From Chrysomallon squamiferum (taxonomy: Eukaryota > Animalia > Mollusca): a DNA stretch of 64,000 nt. The DNA is taken from assembly GCA_012295275.1 (NCBI GenBank), contig CM022666.1, positions 744,001-808,000 of the forward strand, read 5' to 3'. The notes below the pieces were generated by a model. That model made no database searches. It was not told the DNA's origin and saw nothing but the letters and a program-made list of their open reading frames with translations. Below, in pieces: positions 1-13,134 of this stretch (the stretch's first letter is position 1; each line of letters opens with the position of its first letter). A program made the position numbers and the translations under genes.

Positions 1-563
1 ACCAACAACAATGACAACAACATCAACATCAACAACAACAAAAGTAATAATAATGATTATGGTAATGATAAGTTTAAATAATGATGATGATGATGATTTA
101 ATAAAGTATTCAAATTATTTAATTTACAAAGCCTGTTAAAAATATTTTAAATGAATGTTGTAAATTTACATATTTATAAAAGTATTAAAATTTTTAAAAA
201 TAAATAATTCAGAACTGAATCTGATGTTTACTATGACCAACTATAACTCGTATACACATTTTTTTTTTTTTTCCTGCCCTCCATAATTTATTTTTGATTA
301 CTATTGATTCACACAAAACACAGTTTAATGGATTTTACATATCTGTACATGTATGATTATTACAATATGTTAGTATGTGTGCATGCATGCATGCATACGT
401 GCATGTGAGTGAGATGTGGTTTGGTGGGTTGCTCTGGTTTGATTTTAAAATTCAAATTGACAATGTAAGACAGCTGTATCCAAAATCTAAAATACTTATT
501 GCTAACTAAAATATATATATATATTTTTTTTAATTTTAAGAAAACAAAATAAATAAATAAATT

Positions 564-596
<33 letters not shown>

Positions 597-1877
597 AATA
601 TAATTCTTTTATTTTCAATGTCAGCACTTTAGCTTTATTTAAAGAACACAAACAACATGCTAATTCAGTATGTTTTACTGAATAAGATATCATTCAGTTT
701 ATTCCATGACATATTTGTCACTTGCACATTCAGCTATTGCTTTTAATGCATTCTTCTGTCATAAAATTAATGGCCACAACATGTGGCTGTCTCAATTCAT
801 TCTGTTCAAAATAAAAAGAAGAAAAAAAAATGAAAAAAAAAAAAAAAAACCAGCAGGAAGTAACAGGAGGAAAATTAGAATATTTATTTGACTACAAATG
901 TTGTTGGAAAAGATTTAGACATATCAGTGAACCATGACATATAAGAAAGATTTGTATTTATTACTCAGGCTAAATGTTAAACCAGTGTTTCTCAACATCC
1001 CATTTGTTATGTGTACAGTTTTCAAATCATTTTTTTTATATTCATCTTTTTTTCAACATTCCACTTAACATTCATCACTTCTGCCTCTATGTCATGACCC
1101 AGAGGAATCACACCTATGTGTCAAATCCAGGGGAAATCAAGTCTCTATGCCATGAAAATTATTTATCAAAACCTACAACAGTATGCATTTTACACTGAGT
1201 CCAAGAGAATCATGTCCAAAGTAAATGCGAATCCAAGGTAATTATACCTCTGTGCCATGCCTTGTGGTATTATACAGGCATATGTAAGCTATGATGAATA
1301 GGAACTGCTTCATGCTGTATCCAAGGAAATGTATGCCATGACCAATAACATATTAAAACAAAGATAGCCATTTTATTTCAAGACACAGAGAATGATTCAT
1401 GTTTGTCACACTGAAGTGAATTATGCCTGGGTGCTGTGTTCAAGCAAATAATCCTACAGAGCCCCACCCTCATAGCTTCTGCAGGTGACATTCCTAAGCT
1501 AAGATTTGAACTTCAAACATGCCGGTTTGAGAACCACTGTGCAACAAGATACAACATGCAAAACTTACTTCCTGCATCCAAATGAAAGCAAAATGACAAA
1601 GAAAACTTTTTCCATTGTTCTTTGTTATCTCAATTTTTGCTAATTTTATTTATAAGATAAAACTGGTTTTAAAAAAATCTTTGACTGTTATAAAAGAGCA
1701 ATGGAAACTTTAAAATGTATTATTTTAATTTTTACAATTAAAAATAATCATCAAAGATATTTGTACCATCTAATGTTATACTGTTTTAACTGATTGATCT
1801 CGATGTTGCCATTATATCCCATTCTAGACTGTGCTCCCATAACTCATTAATGAAAAGACGTATGACTCTACATATAC

Positions 1878-1953
1878 CTTTCTGAAGTCAGGAGAGAGCA
1901 TATCGTGGATTGATAAATTAGTTAAGGAGCACTGGGTTGGAACTGGCAATTGC
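1878..1953 (-). CDS. FARP: Probable FARP exon after the FERM-adjacent region (QLPVPTQCSLTNLSIHDMLSPDFRK)
   Basis: Acceptor ttttcaattag and donor AAG|gtatat. 76 nt, open in the phase (2) left by the preceding exon. No homology recognised. Confidence 0.5.
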
Positions 1954-2508
1954 CTAATTGAAAAGTGTTACTAAGATTAAGATGAACATTGTTTTAAGAA
2001 ATATTTAGAAAATAAAATTAAAAGTTTTAAAAATTATATTATAACAATTAATCTTTTTCAAAACAGTCTAAAGATTTTTATTTTTAAATTTTAGTTTTCT
2101 TAAGTTTTAAGTCCATTATATACTCCCTTAAAATTTCAAACATATTACATACAACACAGATTTAAAATATTAGTAATAATTTCCATGCCATTTACATTAC
2201 AATATGAAAAAATCCAATTTCAAATAACAAGCAATAAATGTTAAAAAAAAAAAAAAAAAAAAATAAGCCTGTGACTAAAGACAGGTTTCAAATGTGATGG
2301 TATGTGCTACCTTGTCTATGAAAATGTATGAAGTTATACTCTTTTCTGATAATCAGTTAAAATAATCAGCAGACATTTTCAAAATCAGTGTAAAATCACA
2401 TGACACGCAGAATATGTTAATTTAACTGTGATTTGAGGTGCTGATAACAAATAAAGAAATTCATTCAGTGTTAGATCAGAGATAGGTTGTTTAAGAACTA
2501 ATATTCAC

Positions 2509-2589
2509 CTTTCAAACTGCAGCTTCTTCAACGTGTCAATGTTACCCCGGACATACTCCATCAGCTGCTTCTGAGTTCTTCCACTGTAC
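2509..2589 (-). CDS. FARP: FARP exon, FERM-adjacent region (YSGRTQKQLMEYVRGNIDTLKKLQFER)
   Basis: Acceptor ctttcag|G, donor AG|gtgaat, 81 nt phase 2-2; FA-domain motif RYSGRTQ. Confidence 0.93.
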
Positions 2590-2710
2590 CTGAAAGTGAG
2601 ACAAAGACACAGAACAACAAATTAGATACACTTTGACAACATCACATCCACATCACCTTTGCACCTTCATAACTAAAAGACCAAACTAATCCAAGTAATG
2701 TAAACTTGTA

Positions 2711-2945
2711 TCTCTTCTTACAGCTATCTGAATAGTCTTTACTAATCCCTGATATCAACACTAATCACACTAGTCTATCTCTTCATACAGCTGTCTGCAT
2801 AGTCTTTACTAATCCATGACATCAACACTAATCACTTGTCTCTCTTCATACAGCTGTCTGCATAGTCTCTACTAATCCCTGACATCAATACTAATCACAC
2901 TAGTCTAGCTCTTCATACAGCCAATAGTCCAACTAATCCACGATA
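2711..2945. repeat. Tandem minisatellite, ~65-bp unit, ~3.5 copies
   Basis: tctcttcatacagctgtctgcatagtctttactaatcc..acatcaacactaatcac recurs near 2711, 2778, 2842 and 2909. Confidence 0.85.
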
Positions 2946-3167
2946 CCAACTATAACAACTCCAGTCAAAATTAACCATTTTAGTACATTTCATTTTTGAT
3001 GACCACAGAAATCACAGAATCATATTAACCCTACCAATGAATATTAACAGTTGAAATCACGGACTGTATGTGTGATGAAGTGATTAAAAATACGTGTCTT
3101 AAAACACCGAGGTAAAACAGTAAAACAAGTTTTTTCTTTTTTAAAACAAATTTTCGCGTCTGCTCAC

Positions 3168-3328
3168 CTAAACGACGAGCCTCTGCTGACAACCCTGGTC
3201 TTCTTTCTGGGCAGCTTCTTCACAACCTGACATCGGAAGAAGGCGTGGTGCTCAATACACTTCTTCCAGAAACCTTTGCATTCGTTTCTGCTGTCAAAGA
3301 AAAACTCTACCGTATCTTTGTAATAACC
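3168..3328 (-). CDS. FARP: FARP exon, FERM-C end (GYYKDTVEFFFDSRNECKGFWKKCIEHHAFFRCQVVKKLPRKKTRVVSRGSSFR)
   Basis: Acceptor ccacaacag, donor AG|gtgagc, 161 nt phase 0-2; hallmark FWKxCxEHHxFFR motif. Confidence 0.96.
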
Positions 3329-5753
3329 CTGTTGTGGAGAAATTGAAAAAAAAAGAGAAAAATTTCCAGATTAAAACAAGTCATGTGATAGACATATTCT
3401 TGTTACTTGCAAAATCAGTTAACGGCTGGAAATGTTAATAAGTCTTAGTTACATGATATTTGATGTGTGCATCTCTGACAGACATGGAATTGCTGCTACA
3501 AGCAATGAGAATGGTGTACAAAAATAAAAATAAACTGATCAGTGTTAAATGAAATCTAGAAATGATTGTAAAATTATAATGACATTTAGGCAATGAGCAT
3601 CAAAAAGAAAGAAATGCATGAAGAAAAAAAAAATTAAATTAAAACAAAAAATAAATAAAAAGGATAAAAATCAAACTGATGGTTACATCAAAGACAGTGA
3701 TATATGTTGTTTTGTTTCAAGAAAAATTTAGTAAAATGGAGTCAAGTTCCTAATGAAAAATGCTGGGATTTCGTTTTGAATTCTGTATTATATCAAATTA
3801 TAAAATAATTGATAGAGGAAGACAGAAAATTATTAAGTTAAGTTTAAATTTAAATGGTTTTAAAGAGCAAAAGATGGACAGAATCAGAGAAAAAAATTTG
3901 GCAGATAAAAGAAAAGTAAAAATGAAATCAAGAGAGGAAGGCAAACAAAAAGAGAAATAAAAAAAACTCAGAAAGATCAAGAGAGCCAGAGAGAGTGAGA
4001 GAGAGAGAAGAAGAAGAAGAGAGACAGACAGAATGGCCTGGTCTTTATCAATTAATAGCAAAGTATATTTTACATTGTGTATCTTCTGATAAACATGAGA
4101 TCAAAACTACAGTTATGAAAGTATGTTGACATGAACTGCAATTCATTTCTCACAAATACACATGTATAAATTACATTATGATGTGAGAAAACTGAAATAC
4201 ATCTTTGCACTGACCAAGACTCACATTAATCATTTACAAGATGACAGTCAATTTTTATTTGATTTTATTAAGCCGAGATTCAAAGACATAAACGTGGTCT
4301 GGTTACAAAAATGTAGTGAAATGAACTGCATTTCTTCCAAAACAACAACAAAATTACTGCATGAATAAATTTAAATAAACTGACAAACTAATATAAGCTT
4401 GTATAAGTTCAAGAGAACTGAAATGCACCTTATTTCTACACCACAAGTACATATCATTTTGATAATAAAGTTTATCTTCTTTTTTTTTTTCTTCCATATC
4501 AAAAATGTGTAAAGAAAAGTTTAAACAGGTCACCAATGACGTAAATTAAAGAATGAACTTGAATTCTGAGGACTACAGATCTATGGTGAGAACTGTAAAA
4601 CATACAGTCGCTCCCTGACATAAGTAAAAAACGACATATGTAAACTGGAACTTATGTAAATATATCTTAAACTGGAACAGTTCAAAAGAACTTTTTCAAA
4701 ACTCAGACATAAAGAAAATGTTCTTCACTGTGTACAAGTGTTAAATTAAAGATTGCTTTAAATATTTTTACTGTGATCTGGAAGACATTTATCAATTCAG
4801 TTTGAGAAATAGAAGAAATTTTTTTTTTTAGTTTCCTTAAATGTTTTGTAATTAAAATTTAAAAAATTCTGAATAAGTGAACTGTAAATGATGTTTGAAG
4901 CAAAATATATTGATGGGTTTTTTGTTTGGTTTTTTATGTTTTATTTTGTTTAAATCCATGGCAACCTGTCTCTGAACCAATAATATGAGAATAAGAATAA
5001 AAATAAGAACAATACGAAGAAGAAGAAAAATAAGAAGTTTAAAAACAATAGTAAGAAGAAGAAAAAGAAAAAGAAGAAGAAGAAGAAAAATAATGATAGT
5101 AGCAGTAGCAGTAATCTGGTGATAACAATAATAATATTTTAAAAAAAACACAAAAAAACTCAAAAATCAAAAGATTAATCGGAAAATGACTATATACTGA
5201 CAAATCTGTAACATGCGAGATGTATATTTAAATTATGTAAACAAGCAAAATAATCAAGGATCATTAAACTGATAAAATGAATATTTAAAAACACTGATAT
5301 GAATGGTGCTGTTTTTATAACATTAACAAATTATTCAACGCATTTGCACTAGTGGTTTTAAGGTGAAAAAACAAAAAAAAATTGAAAAAAAAGAAAGAAT
5401 AAAATCAAGCAACATGCAAAAATGTATACTGAACAAAAAAATACCTGGGACCACTCCCTTTAGTCTACAAAACATGAACTAATGCTTGTTAAAATCTACA
5501 GAACGGTGTAAAAACTGATAACGAAACAAAAATCAGCTACGATATTTTTATAAATGCATTACAAAATAAAAAGTAAAATCGGTCTGACTAGTTCATTTGA
5601 AACAGCTAGAGGAAGTAAAAAAAAAAAAATAAATAATAATAAAATTAAAAGGTGGGTTTAATTTTGTGCATTTTAACATTTTATTAAATGAATAAATAAA
5701 TTAAATAAATGACTAATGAAACATAAACAATAAATAAATATACAAATCATAGC

Positions 5754-5806
<53 letters not shown>

Positions 5807-5994
5807 TAACAAATGATAAAAATGTAATAAATCAGTAATAATTTCAATCAGATATATAAATTTTCTGACATGCCATTTTTTGTTACAACAGAAACATATT
5901 ACATCTTAACAAGACAAATGTTAATAAAGAACTATGTTTTTAGTCTATATCAACATTCTTACATTCAGGCAAGTCAGTTTTGTTTTTTAAAACA

Positions 5995-6250
5995 TGCAAA
6001 ACATTTTACTGAGTACAGTTTCTTTTTACAAAGACATTTTACTGTTTATTATTTTACAAACATATTTTACTGTTTGTTGTTTTACAAAGATATTTTACTC
6101 TTTATTATTTTACCAACATATTTTACTGTTTGTTGTTTTTAAAGATATTTTATTTTATTATTTTTATTTTATTTTACAAAGATATTTTACTGTTTATTAT
6201 TTTTTTTTAATATTTTACAAGGAACAATTTTGGAAGGGCATTTTACTGTA
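5995..6250. repeat. Minisatellite, ~28-bp unit with alternating variants
   Basis: ttacaaagacattttactgtttattatt alternates with ttacaaacatattttactgtttgttgtt. Confidence 0.8.
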
Positions 6251-6347
6251 TGTAATATTAAAATGTTTTTTTTTACAATGAATAAGAAACCACCTTTAGT
6301 GTTGAATAAATAAACATGTCCATGTTTTTCTGCTGCTGTTGCTGTTG

Positions 6348-6398
<51 letters not shown>

Positions 6399-6841
6399 CT
6401 TACTTATTTATTTACTTACTTATTTTAAAAACCTTTACAGATTCCTCATCTGAAAATCTATTAATGCTAATGAATTATTATCTCAGCTTTTTTCCATTCC
6501 AGCAAGAGCTCTCATTGATCTATCAAAGGTTATGGTATGTGCTTTCCTATCTATTTGAAAATACACATAAAAGAACTCTTGCTGGTTGTATTAGTCCATG
6601 AAGTCATGCAGTTGATTGCCTTGTTTATCTCCTACATAATCATTTCAAAATAACTTGAACAACATGCTATAACCAAAATACAAAAATTTCATTCACTTTT
6701 TTCAATATTAGATGTAATTTTTGTTAGATTAATAAAAAGAGATTTTTGTTTTGTTTTTCAAGTGTACATAACAATAAATTAGCATTTTTATATATCAAAA
6801 AAGAATTTTAAAATAACAGTTAATATCATTGTTTCTGAAGT

Positions 6842-6872
<31 letters not shown>

Positions 6873-7227
6873 GGTAAATGAGATCAATGCATTTATAAAA
6901 ACTGTCTGACATTTCATAAGAAACATCAAAATCAATGTATACAATCATTTTATTCCTATAAATTTCACATTTCACATACAATTAACTATTTTTGCGTAAC
7001 AACATTTGTTTAAAACCACTTCAGAAAAACCCAAATTTCTGTATTACACTTTTTAACAATTTTAAAATTATTCCCAGAATACCAAAAACCCTTACAATCA
7101 TCAATATACAATTTTTTAAACTCTTTAACTCACAAAAACCTGCCTTACTGCAACACATACCAACATCTGTGGGAGTGATTCCTGGCTCTTTGTTTTTTTT
7201 TTTGCTCAGTATACTAACCTTACTCAC

Positions 7228-7383
7228 ATAACTTTCCGGGTGTAGCTTTATGAGGAATTTCTTGCGTTTAAAACTAAGTTTTCTGATTTTGGCCCAGGAG
7301 AATGTGTTTATTTTGGTGCTGTTTTGAAAGACAAGGACACCCATGTGAGCCACAGCAAGATTGAGAGGCACACCTTCATGATC
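7228..7383 (-). CDS. FARP: FARP exon, FERM-C ([52 protein letters not shown])
   Basis: Acceptor gtttttcag, donor TAT|gtgagt, 156 nt phase 0-0; [16 protein letters not shown] motif. Confidence 0.96.
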
Positions 7384-7564
7384 CTGAAAAACAGAATTAA
7401 ATTAAATTAAATTAAATTAAATTAAATTAAATTGAAGAAGAAGAAGAAAAGCTCTTCTTTTTTTTTTTAATCAAAAAGTCACATAATAACAGTAAAAAAA
7501 AGTTAATAATATTTCACAGAAAATGTCTTGAAGCATTAAACACGGATTCTTTCATTCTTAATTT

Positions 7565-7870
7565 AATCATTCGTTCATCATTCATTCATTGTTCATTCAT
7601 TCACATTTTTGTCATTCATTTACTTTTTCATTATTCTTTCATATATTCAGTCTTTCATCATCTGTCCATCATTCTTTATTCATTCTTTCTGCCATTATTT
7701 ATTCATCTCATTGATTCTTCATTCATTATTTCATTAATTCATTGATCATTCATTAATTCATTGATCATTCATTCATTTATTGATCATTCATTCATTCACT
7801 GATCATTCATTCTTTCATTAATTCATTCATTCTTTCATTTATTCCCTCAATCATCATTAATTCATTCATT
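7565..7870. repeat. Degenerate (ATTC)n low-complexity tract
   Basis: Repeated attc/tcat units. Confidence 0.8.
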
Positions 7871-7979
7871 TTTTAACTTTTTAAGTATCTTCAATAATGA
7901 ACATGTTTTGCCTTACAATTCTGAAATTCAATACCCCCAAAATATCTCACATAATAAAACTTGTCACAAATTCACTGAC

Positions 7980-8067
7980 CTTTGCATGGTTCATTCGTAT
8001 CCCATACAGTTCAATTTTTCTCGCTGTATCTAGTAAATTGAGATCTGCCTCTGAAGGTGATTCTCCT
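7980..8067 (-). CDS. FARP: FARP exon, FERM central lobe end (GESPSEADLNLLDTARKIELYGIRMNHAK)
   Basis: Acceptor gttttcag|A, donor AAG|gtcagt, 88 nt phase 2-0; SPxEADxNLLxxARxxELYG motif. Confidence 0.95.
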
Positions 8068-8563
8068 CTGAAAACAACAAAAAAACAACAAACATTTCAT
8101 TTTATTTTCAAAAAAATCAATTTTATTTCATTTTATTCCAGTCTGAAGTGTTTAAGAAACCAAAATATATTGTGATTTACAGATAAAAGAAGAAATGAAG
8201 TATTGTTTTATTTATTAACATATTTTTGATGTATAGTTAAGATGTATAGATAAGAAACTAAAAAGGATGTCTCTATTTATGAATATAAATGAACATAGAG
8301 GGATAATATAGCATATATTGCATTTGGTACATCAAGTAAGTATTATAATTAATAAACAAACAAACAAACAAATAAATAAATAAATAATTCATTTATAAAT
8401 CTTGTAGTTGATAGTTTGTTATTTAATTAAAAAAAAAAAAAAAAATAGATATAGATAGCTAGATACACAGAGACAAAGACAAACAAATAAATAAATAAAG
8501 TTTTAAACAAATATAAAAATAAATAACAACAAAACAAATAAATAAATAAATAAATTATTCATT

Positions 8564-8640
8564 TTACATCTCCAGTTCAGTTGTTACTTGGGGGACAAAT
8601 CAAAAAATAAATAGATAGATAGATAAAATCTCAAAGAAAG
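8564..8640 (-). pseudogene. FARP: Garbled remnant of the expected FARP exon 5 (A...FVPQVTTELEM*)
   Basis: A phase-1 acceptor tgtgtttcag|CT completes GCT (Ala). In-frame FVPQVTTELEM resembles the FERM FVPxQxxELExKI segment, but in-frame TGA and TAA occur and I see no donor. Confidence 0.5.
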
Positions 8641-9459
8641 CTGAAACACAAATTTACTTAAAAAAAAGAGAAGATATTTTATCATGTTGTTTTTGTCCAG
8701 AATCACCTTTCACAAATTTTTTGCTCCAATTCGGTGTTTCTAAGATCTGATCCATGGAATTTAGATAGGTGCAACTTTCCCAATATTATATTTCAATCCA
8801 GAAAAACAAAATATTTATGTTTTCAGTTGAAACAACAAATGGTTTGACTTATAATCATAACATTATAATCCAGACTTTGTTTATATAAAATGTTCTGTAT
8901 AAAACCGTTTCGACAATCAAAGGATTTTATGGATTTTTGAGGGACAATAATGATATGTGATGTATAAGATTTGGTGTCAGGTTAAATTTAATAATCACTG
9001 TTGGATGCTCTCACACTGGCACTTTCTATACATTAACCATTGAAGTTTTGACAAAATACTGCTTCAATGTACAAAATATTGGTTTAAGGAAACCAAAGAA
9101 CATAACTTAGGTAAATACCAAAACAATGTATTTTTATGGAAATTCTGAACATTTTCCAAAAAATGAAAGGATATTTAAAATCAAAAGGACAATTTTGGAA
9201 TGTTTTGACTACAATAGACTTGAATGGAAAATGAAGAACAGAATTCTGGTAAACATCAAAATTTGATGATTTTTACATTGACTTTTGAACACTCTCCTAA
9301 AATTAAAGGATATTTAAGAATCTCAATCAGACAAGAAACAGTTACAAACATGTTACTATATTCCAGTACCATAAACATGACAAAACCGTGGTTACTGACA
9401 AATGCAGTAATATTTGAAAAAACTGAAGAATTTCAAAGAATGCAGGTAAATAAGAATAC

Positions 9460-9557
9460 CTTGAGCAATGTAGGAAGCAAGAAGAGCTGCAGTGTTTTCA
9501 CTGCATGGCATCACACCCTGCAGCAAGTCCTGTTTGATCTGCAGAGCAAAGAAATAC
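9460..9557 (-). CDS. FARP: FARP exon, FERM central lobe (YFFALQIKQDLLQGVMPCSENTAALLASYIAQ)
   Basis: Acceptor tttttccag|G, donor CAAG|gtattc, 98 nt phase 2-1. Confidence 0.95.
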
Positions 9558-9583
9558 CTGGAAAAACAAATAAAATACACATA

Positions 9584-9995
9584 TATACTCAACAAAAAAG
9601 TTAGGTGTCACGAAATACACGAATATACTAAAACCAAAAACATTAGGCATCAGGAAATATATAAATAAACTCTGCTAAAACATTAGGTATCAAGAAAAAA
9701 AAAAATTCCATATTAACATTAGGCAATAAGCAATATAAAAATATACTCAACAAAAAAGTTAGGCATCACAAAATACATGAATATACTAAAACCAAAAAAG
9801 TTAGGCATCAGGAAATATATGAATAATCTCAGCTTGAACACTAAGGTATCAAGAAAAAAAAAAAATACTCCATATAAACCTAAGGCATCAAGAAATATAA
9901 AAATATACTCAACAAAAAAGTTAGGTGTCAAGAAATAGTTTTTTTAAGCAGAACACTAGTATATATTAAATGAAAATATGCTCAACAAAAAAGTT
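9584..9995. repeat. Higher-order tandem repeat (~160-bp period of four ~40-bp variants)
   Basis: tatactcaacaaaaaagttagg at 9584, 9742 and 9904, with related taggcatca/taggtatca subunits between. Confidence 0.8.
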
Positions 9996-11394
9996 AAAGA
10001 TGATGAAAATTTTACATATGACAATATTCACCCACTTGCAGGTAAATTAAAAAATAATATATTTTTTTTTTTTTGTGGACAGAATTTTATTGTCAGTCAT
10101 AAATTTGAAGTTATTAAAATTAAAATACACTTATTTACACCACTCTTCATACCATCCTCCTTCAAACTGATGTAAAAAAAAAATCAAAATTAAAATCAAA
10201 ATAATTACTATCAGGCATATTTAAATTCTTTTGAATTTTAATGTAAGATCAAATGAATAGTAAAAAGTGTTTTTAATTACCATGCAGCAGGCTGAAGTTC
10301 TTTTTTTTTCATTTCTTTCTGTTTATTTTTATTTATTTATTTTTTTTTTTTTTTTACAAATATCTAGATTACTAAATGGTTTTATAAATCAATAGATATA
10401 TTATTATAGACTCAGTGAATTCTCAGAAATTTAATATATGATCATCACGTGTGTTGTTAAATATACAAAATCTAGTAAAAAAAAGTATTTTAGTATTCAC
10501 ACCACAAGTGGTTGCCTTTAAAAGATGTAATTTGTCTTTTCTTCACAGTGAACACAAAACTCTCAAGTTCTCAAACAGCAGCAGAGAAGATCTTATTGCC
10601 AAAACAAGTTTTTTATTTTCTTATTTTTTCCCTGCCCACTTAAATGGTCCATTTAGATAGCCAGCAGATGTTTATTACCAAGACTTCAAATTAATGGCTG
10701 ACATAAAAATGAATGGACATTCTGTTTTGTGTATTTTTACATAAATCAGTTTCATACCTCTCTATGACACTCAACAGCCTATCTGGGGGTTTTTTTCTGA
10801 TGGGGTGCCATTAAACATTCATTCATTCATCCATTCACTCATTCATTCATTCATCCATTAATTCATTCATTTTGTATTTTTCCTTTCTTTTCTCTACCCT
10901 TTCTTCATCTTTTCTTCCTTTTTTAAACACATCAGCTTTTCAAAATTCTCTTTCTATTTCTCTTTTTCTTTTCTTTTTTTTCCCCTTTCCCCATCACCAC
11001 TGCGAAAATTTGAGTGAACAAAATGACATGGATGGATGAATGTTCAACAACCTTTTACAAGAATAATTTTAAAAAAAAAACACCCACAATGTGTCTAGCA
11101 CATTCAACGAATTCATCTCAACACCTTTTAACAAGCAGTCATTTGTCCTCAGCCCCAGAATAAGAGATGGAGGTACGTTAGAAACTAATCCGAGTTTAAT
11201 TTTATTATTCTTAAGACCCTCATTCAAGCATGTCAGTGGTACAGCAACCCACATACAACAAGGACAAAGCATCAGACAGACAGTCAGGATTTATAGGTGT
11301 ACTGGGATGAATGGAAAAAGCTGCCCCCACAAAACTGCACGACTGTGTTTAATCAAGTAGACGTATCATGCTTTTGACACCCGTACGTTAGTTC

Positions 11395-11950
11395 ATTGAA
11401 CGACAGGAAAAACTTTGTTATTTGAACTTTGAAACTGTTGATGTCGCTCTTAATAAGAGTAAGATATCTTTTTACAGAAATTTTGAAAATGCACGGGTTT
11501 CTGCTGAAGAATGCCAGCAAAAGATTTTTTATATCAACTTTGAAACTGCATATGTTACCGTTAATGACCATAAGATATCTTTTATAGGAATTTTTTGAAC
11601 ATGCTTATGTTACTTTTAATGACAGTAAGATATCTTTTATATGAAATTTTTGAAAATGCACATTACTCCTAATGACAGTAAGATATCTTTTACAGGAATT
11701 TTTGAAAATGCACAGGTTACTGTTGATGAATGACAGCAAAAGATTTTTTTTTATTTGAAATTTGAAACTGCATATTTTGGTGTTATTAGCAAGACATCTT
11801 TCATAGTTGAAGCTAAAATGTTACAGTTTACTAACATATTGTTTATGGTAACTTTAAAAACCATGTATGTTACTGCTAATGATTGGTGACAACAGCTATT
11901 TCAATGGAACTAAAAAAATGCAGGTTATTTTTCAGACAACACATCTGTTA
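11395..11950. repeat. Degenerate ~55-60-bp tandem repeat
   Basis: Recurring tttgaaa(a/c)tgca..gttac..taatgacag(t/c)aagatatctttt. Confidence 0.7.
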
Positions 11951-12418
11951 CGTTTGCTTTAAAAGTTTTAAAAGTACACTGAAATCAATGCATTGTGCAG
12001 TTACAAGAAAATGACAACACTGTGTTCAGCCAACCATGTATGTCGTGATTCTCAAATAACAATTGCTGCTATTAATAGATCTTTGAAGCTTGAGTCACAC
12101 ATAGCTGAAAGCAAACGTGTTGCGTAACTTCAAACAGGAAATCAAATTTGATCGAAACACAAAACGTTCTGAATAAAGGGTGACATGGTGTTTGGCAATA
12201 AAAGGAGGAAATTACAGCGTCTGACTACAAGTGTTACAACTAATAAAACAACAAAAGATTCCATGCACTGAAATTCTAACAAAAACAAATTACAAACAAA
12301 ACCACGCAGGTTATGAATACCAAACACCAGCAAAGGAAAGTTTTGAAATCGTAAGACAAAAACAGAGTATTAGTAAGTCCCAGTTTCTGACAGCAAGGAT
12401 TCTTTTAAGTCAGCTTAC

Positions 12419-12537
12419 CTGGTGAGCTCGTCTTCGAGTAGGCCAGGGTCTGGAGTGTAGAACTTCACACAGAACTTCACTGGAGTGTCAGGAGAAGGCA
12501 GCTGTTTCAAAATAGGCTTGTCCCTGTCCATCCACGA
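12419..12537 (-). CDS. FARP: FARP exon, FERM-N (SWMDRDKPILKQLPSPDTPVKFCVKFYTPDPGLLEDELTR)
   Basis: Acceptor tttttgcag, donor AG|gtaagc, 119 nt phase 0-2; WxDxxKxIxKQ and VKFYxPDP motifs. Confidence 0.95.
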
Positions 12538-13029
12538 CTGCAAAAACATTCAGATGTAAGAATTCTTAGTAAAACCTTCAGACTTGATGTAAAATAAATG
12601 CAAAAAATAGTAAGATTTTTTTAGGGGTTTTTTGCTGATGATAAATACTTTTAATTCAAAAGGTAATTAATTTAATTTATAAATACTAACAAGAAGAAGA
12701 AATTTTACTTATTTATTATTAATATAGATATATTTTTTGTTAATTACATTTACTGTGTGATATGTTTCATTATCAATACAAATTTACAATCTGTGCAGAA
12801 GTAAAAATCTTAATCATTAAGCTACTCTCTCACATAAACACACACACACACACACACACACATCAACAGCATTAATGTAGTAATCACAATAAAATGACGA
12901 TGATTGTAATGGTGATGATGGTGGTGATAAAGATGATGATTATGATTGTTATGATGATGATGATGGTGGTTGTGGTGGTGATGGTGATGATGATGACAAT
13001 AATGATGATGATAGCAGTGCAGCACTTAC

Positions 13030-13134
13030 CATGAGTTTATGTTCATCTTGAAACTGCAGGTCAAAGTAGTCTGCCTCCAGGAGCTGAAGATGCTGACAGA
13101 CACACTCCCACAGAGTCTCCCCCACAGCCTTCAC
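13030..13134 (-). CDS. FARP: FARP exon, FERM-N (VKAVGETLWECVCQHLQLLEADYFDLQFQDEHKLM)
   Basis: Acceptor gtgtttcag, donor ATG|gtaagt, 105 nt phase 0-0; VCxHLxLxExDYFxL motif. Confidence 0.95.

Noticed and set aside
12822-13025. Poly-His ORF, and similar poly-L/I/Y, CV and RE ORFs elsewhere
   Set aside because: Translations of intronic tri- and dinucleotide microsatellites.
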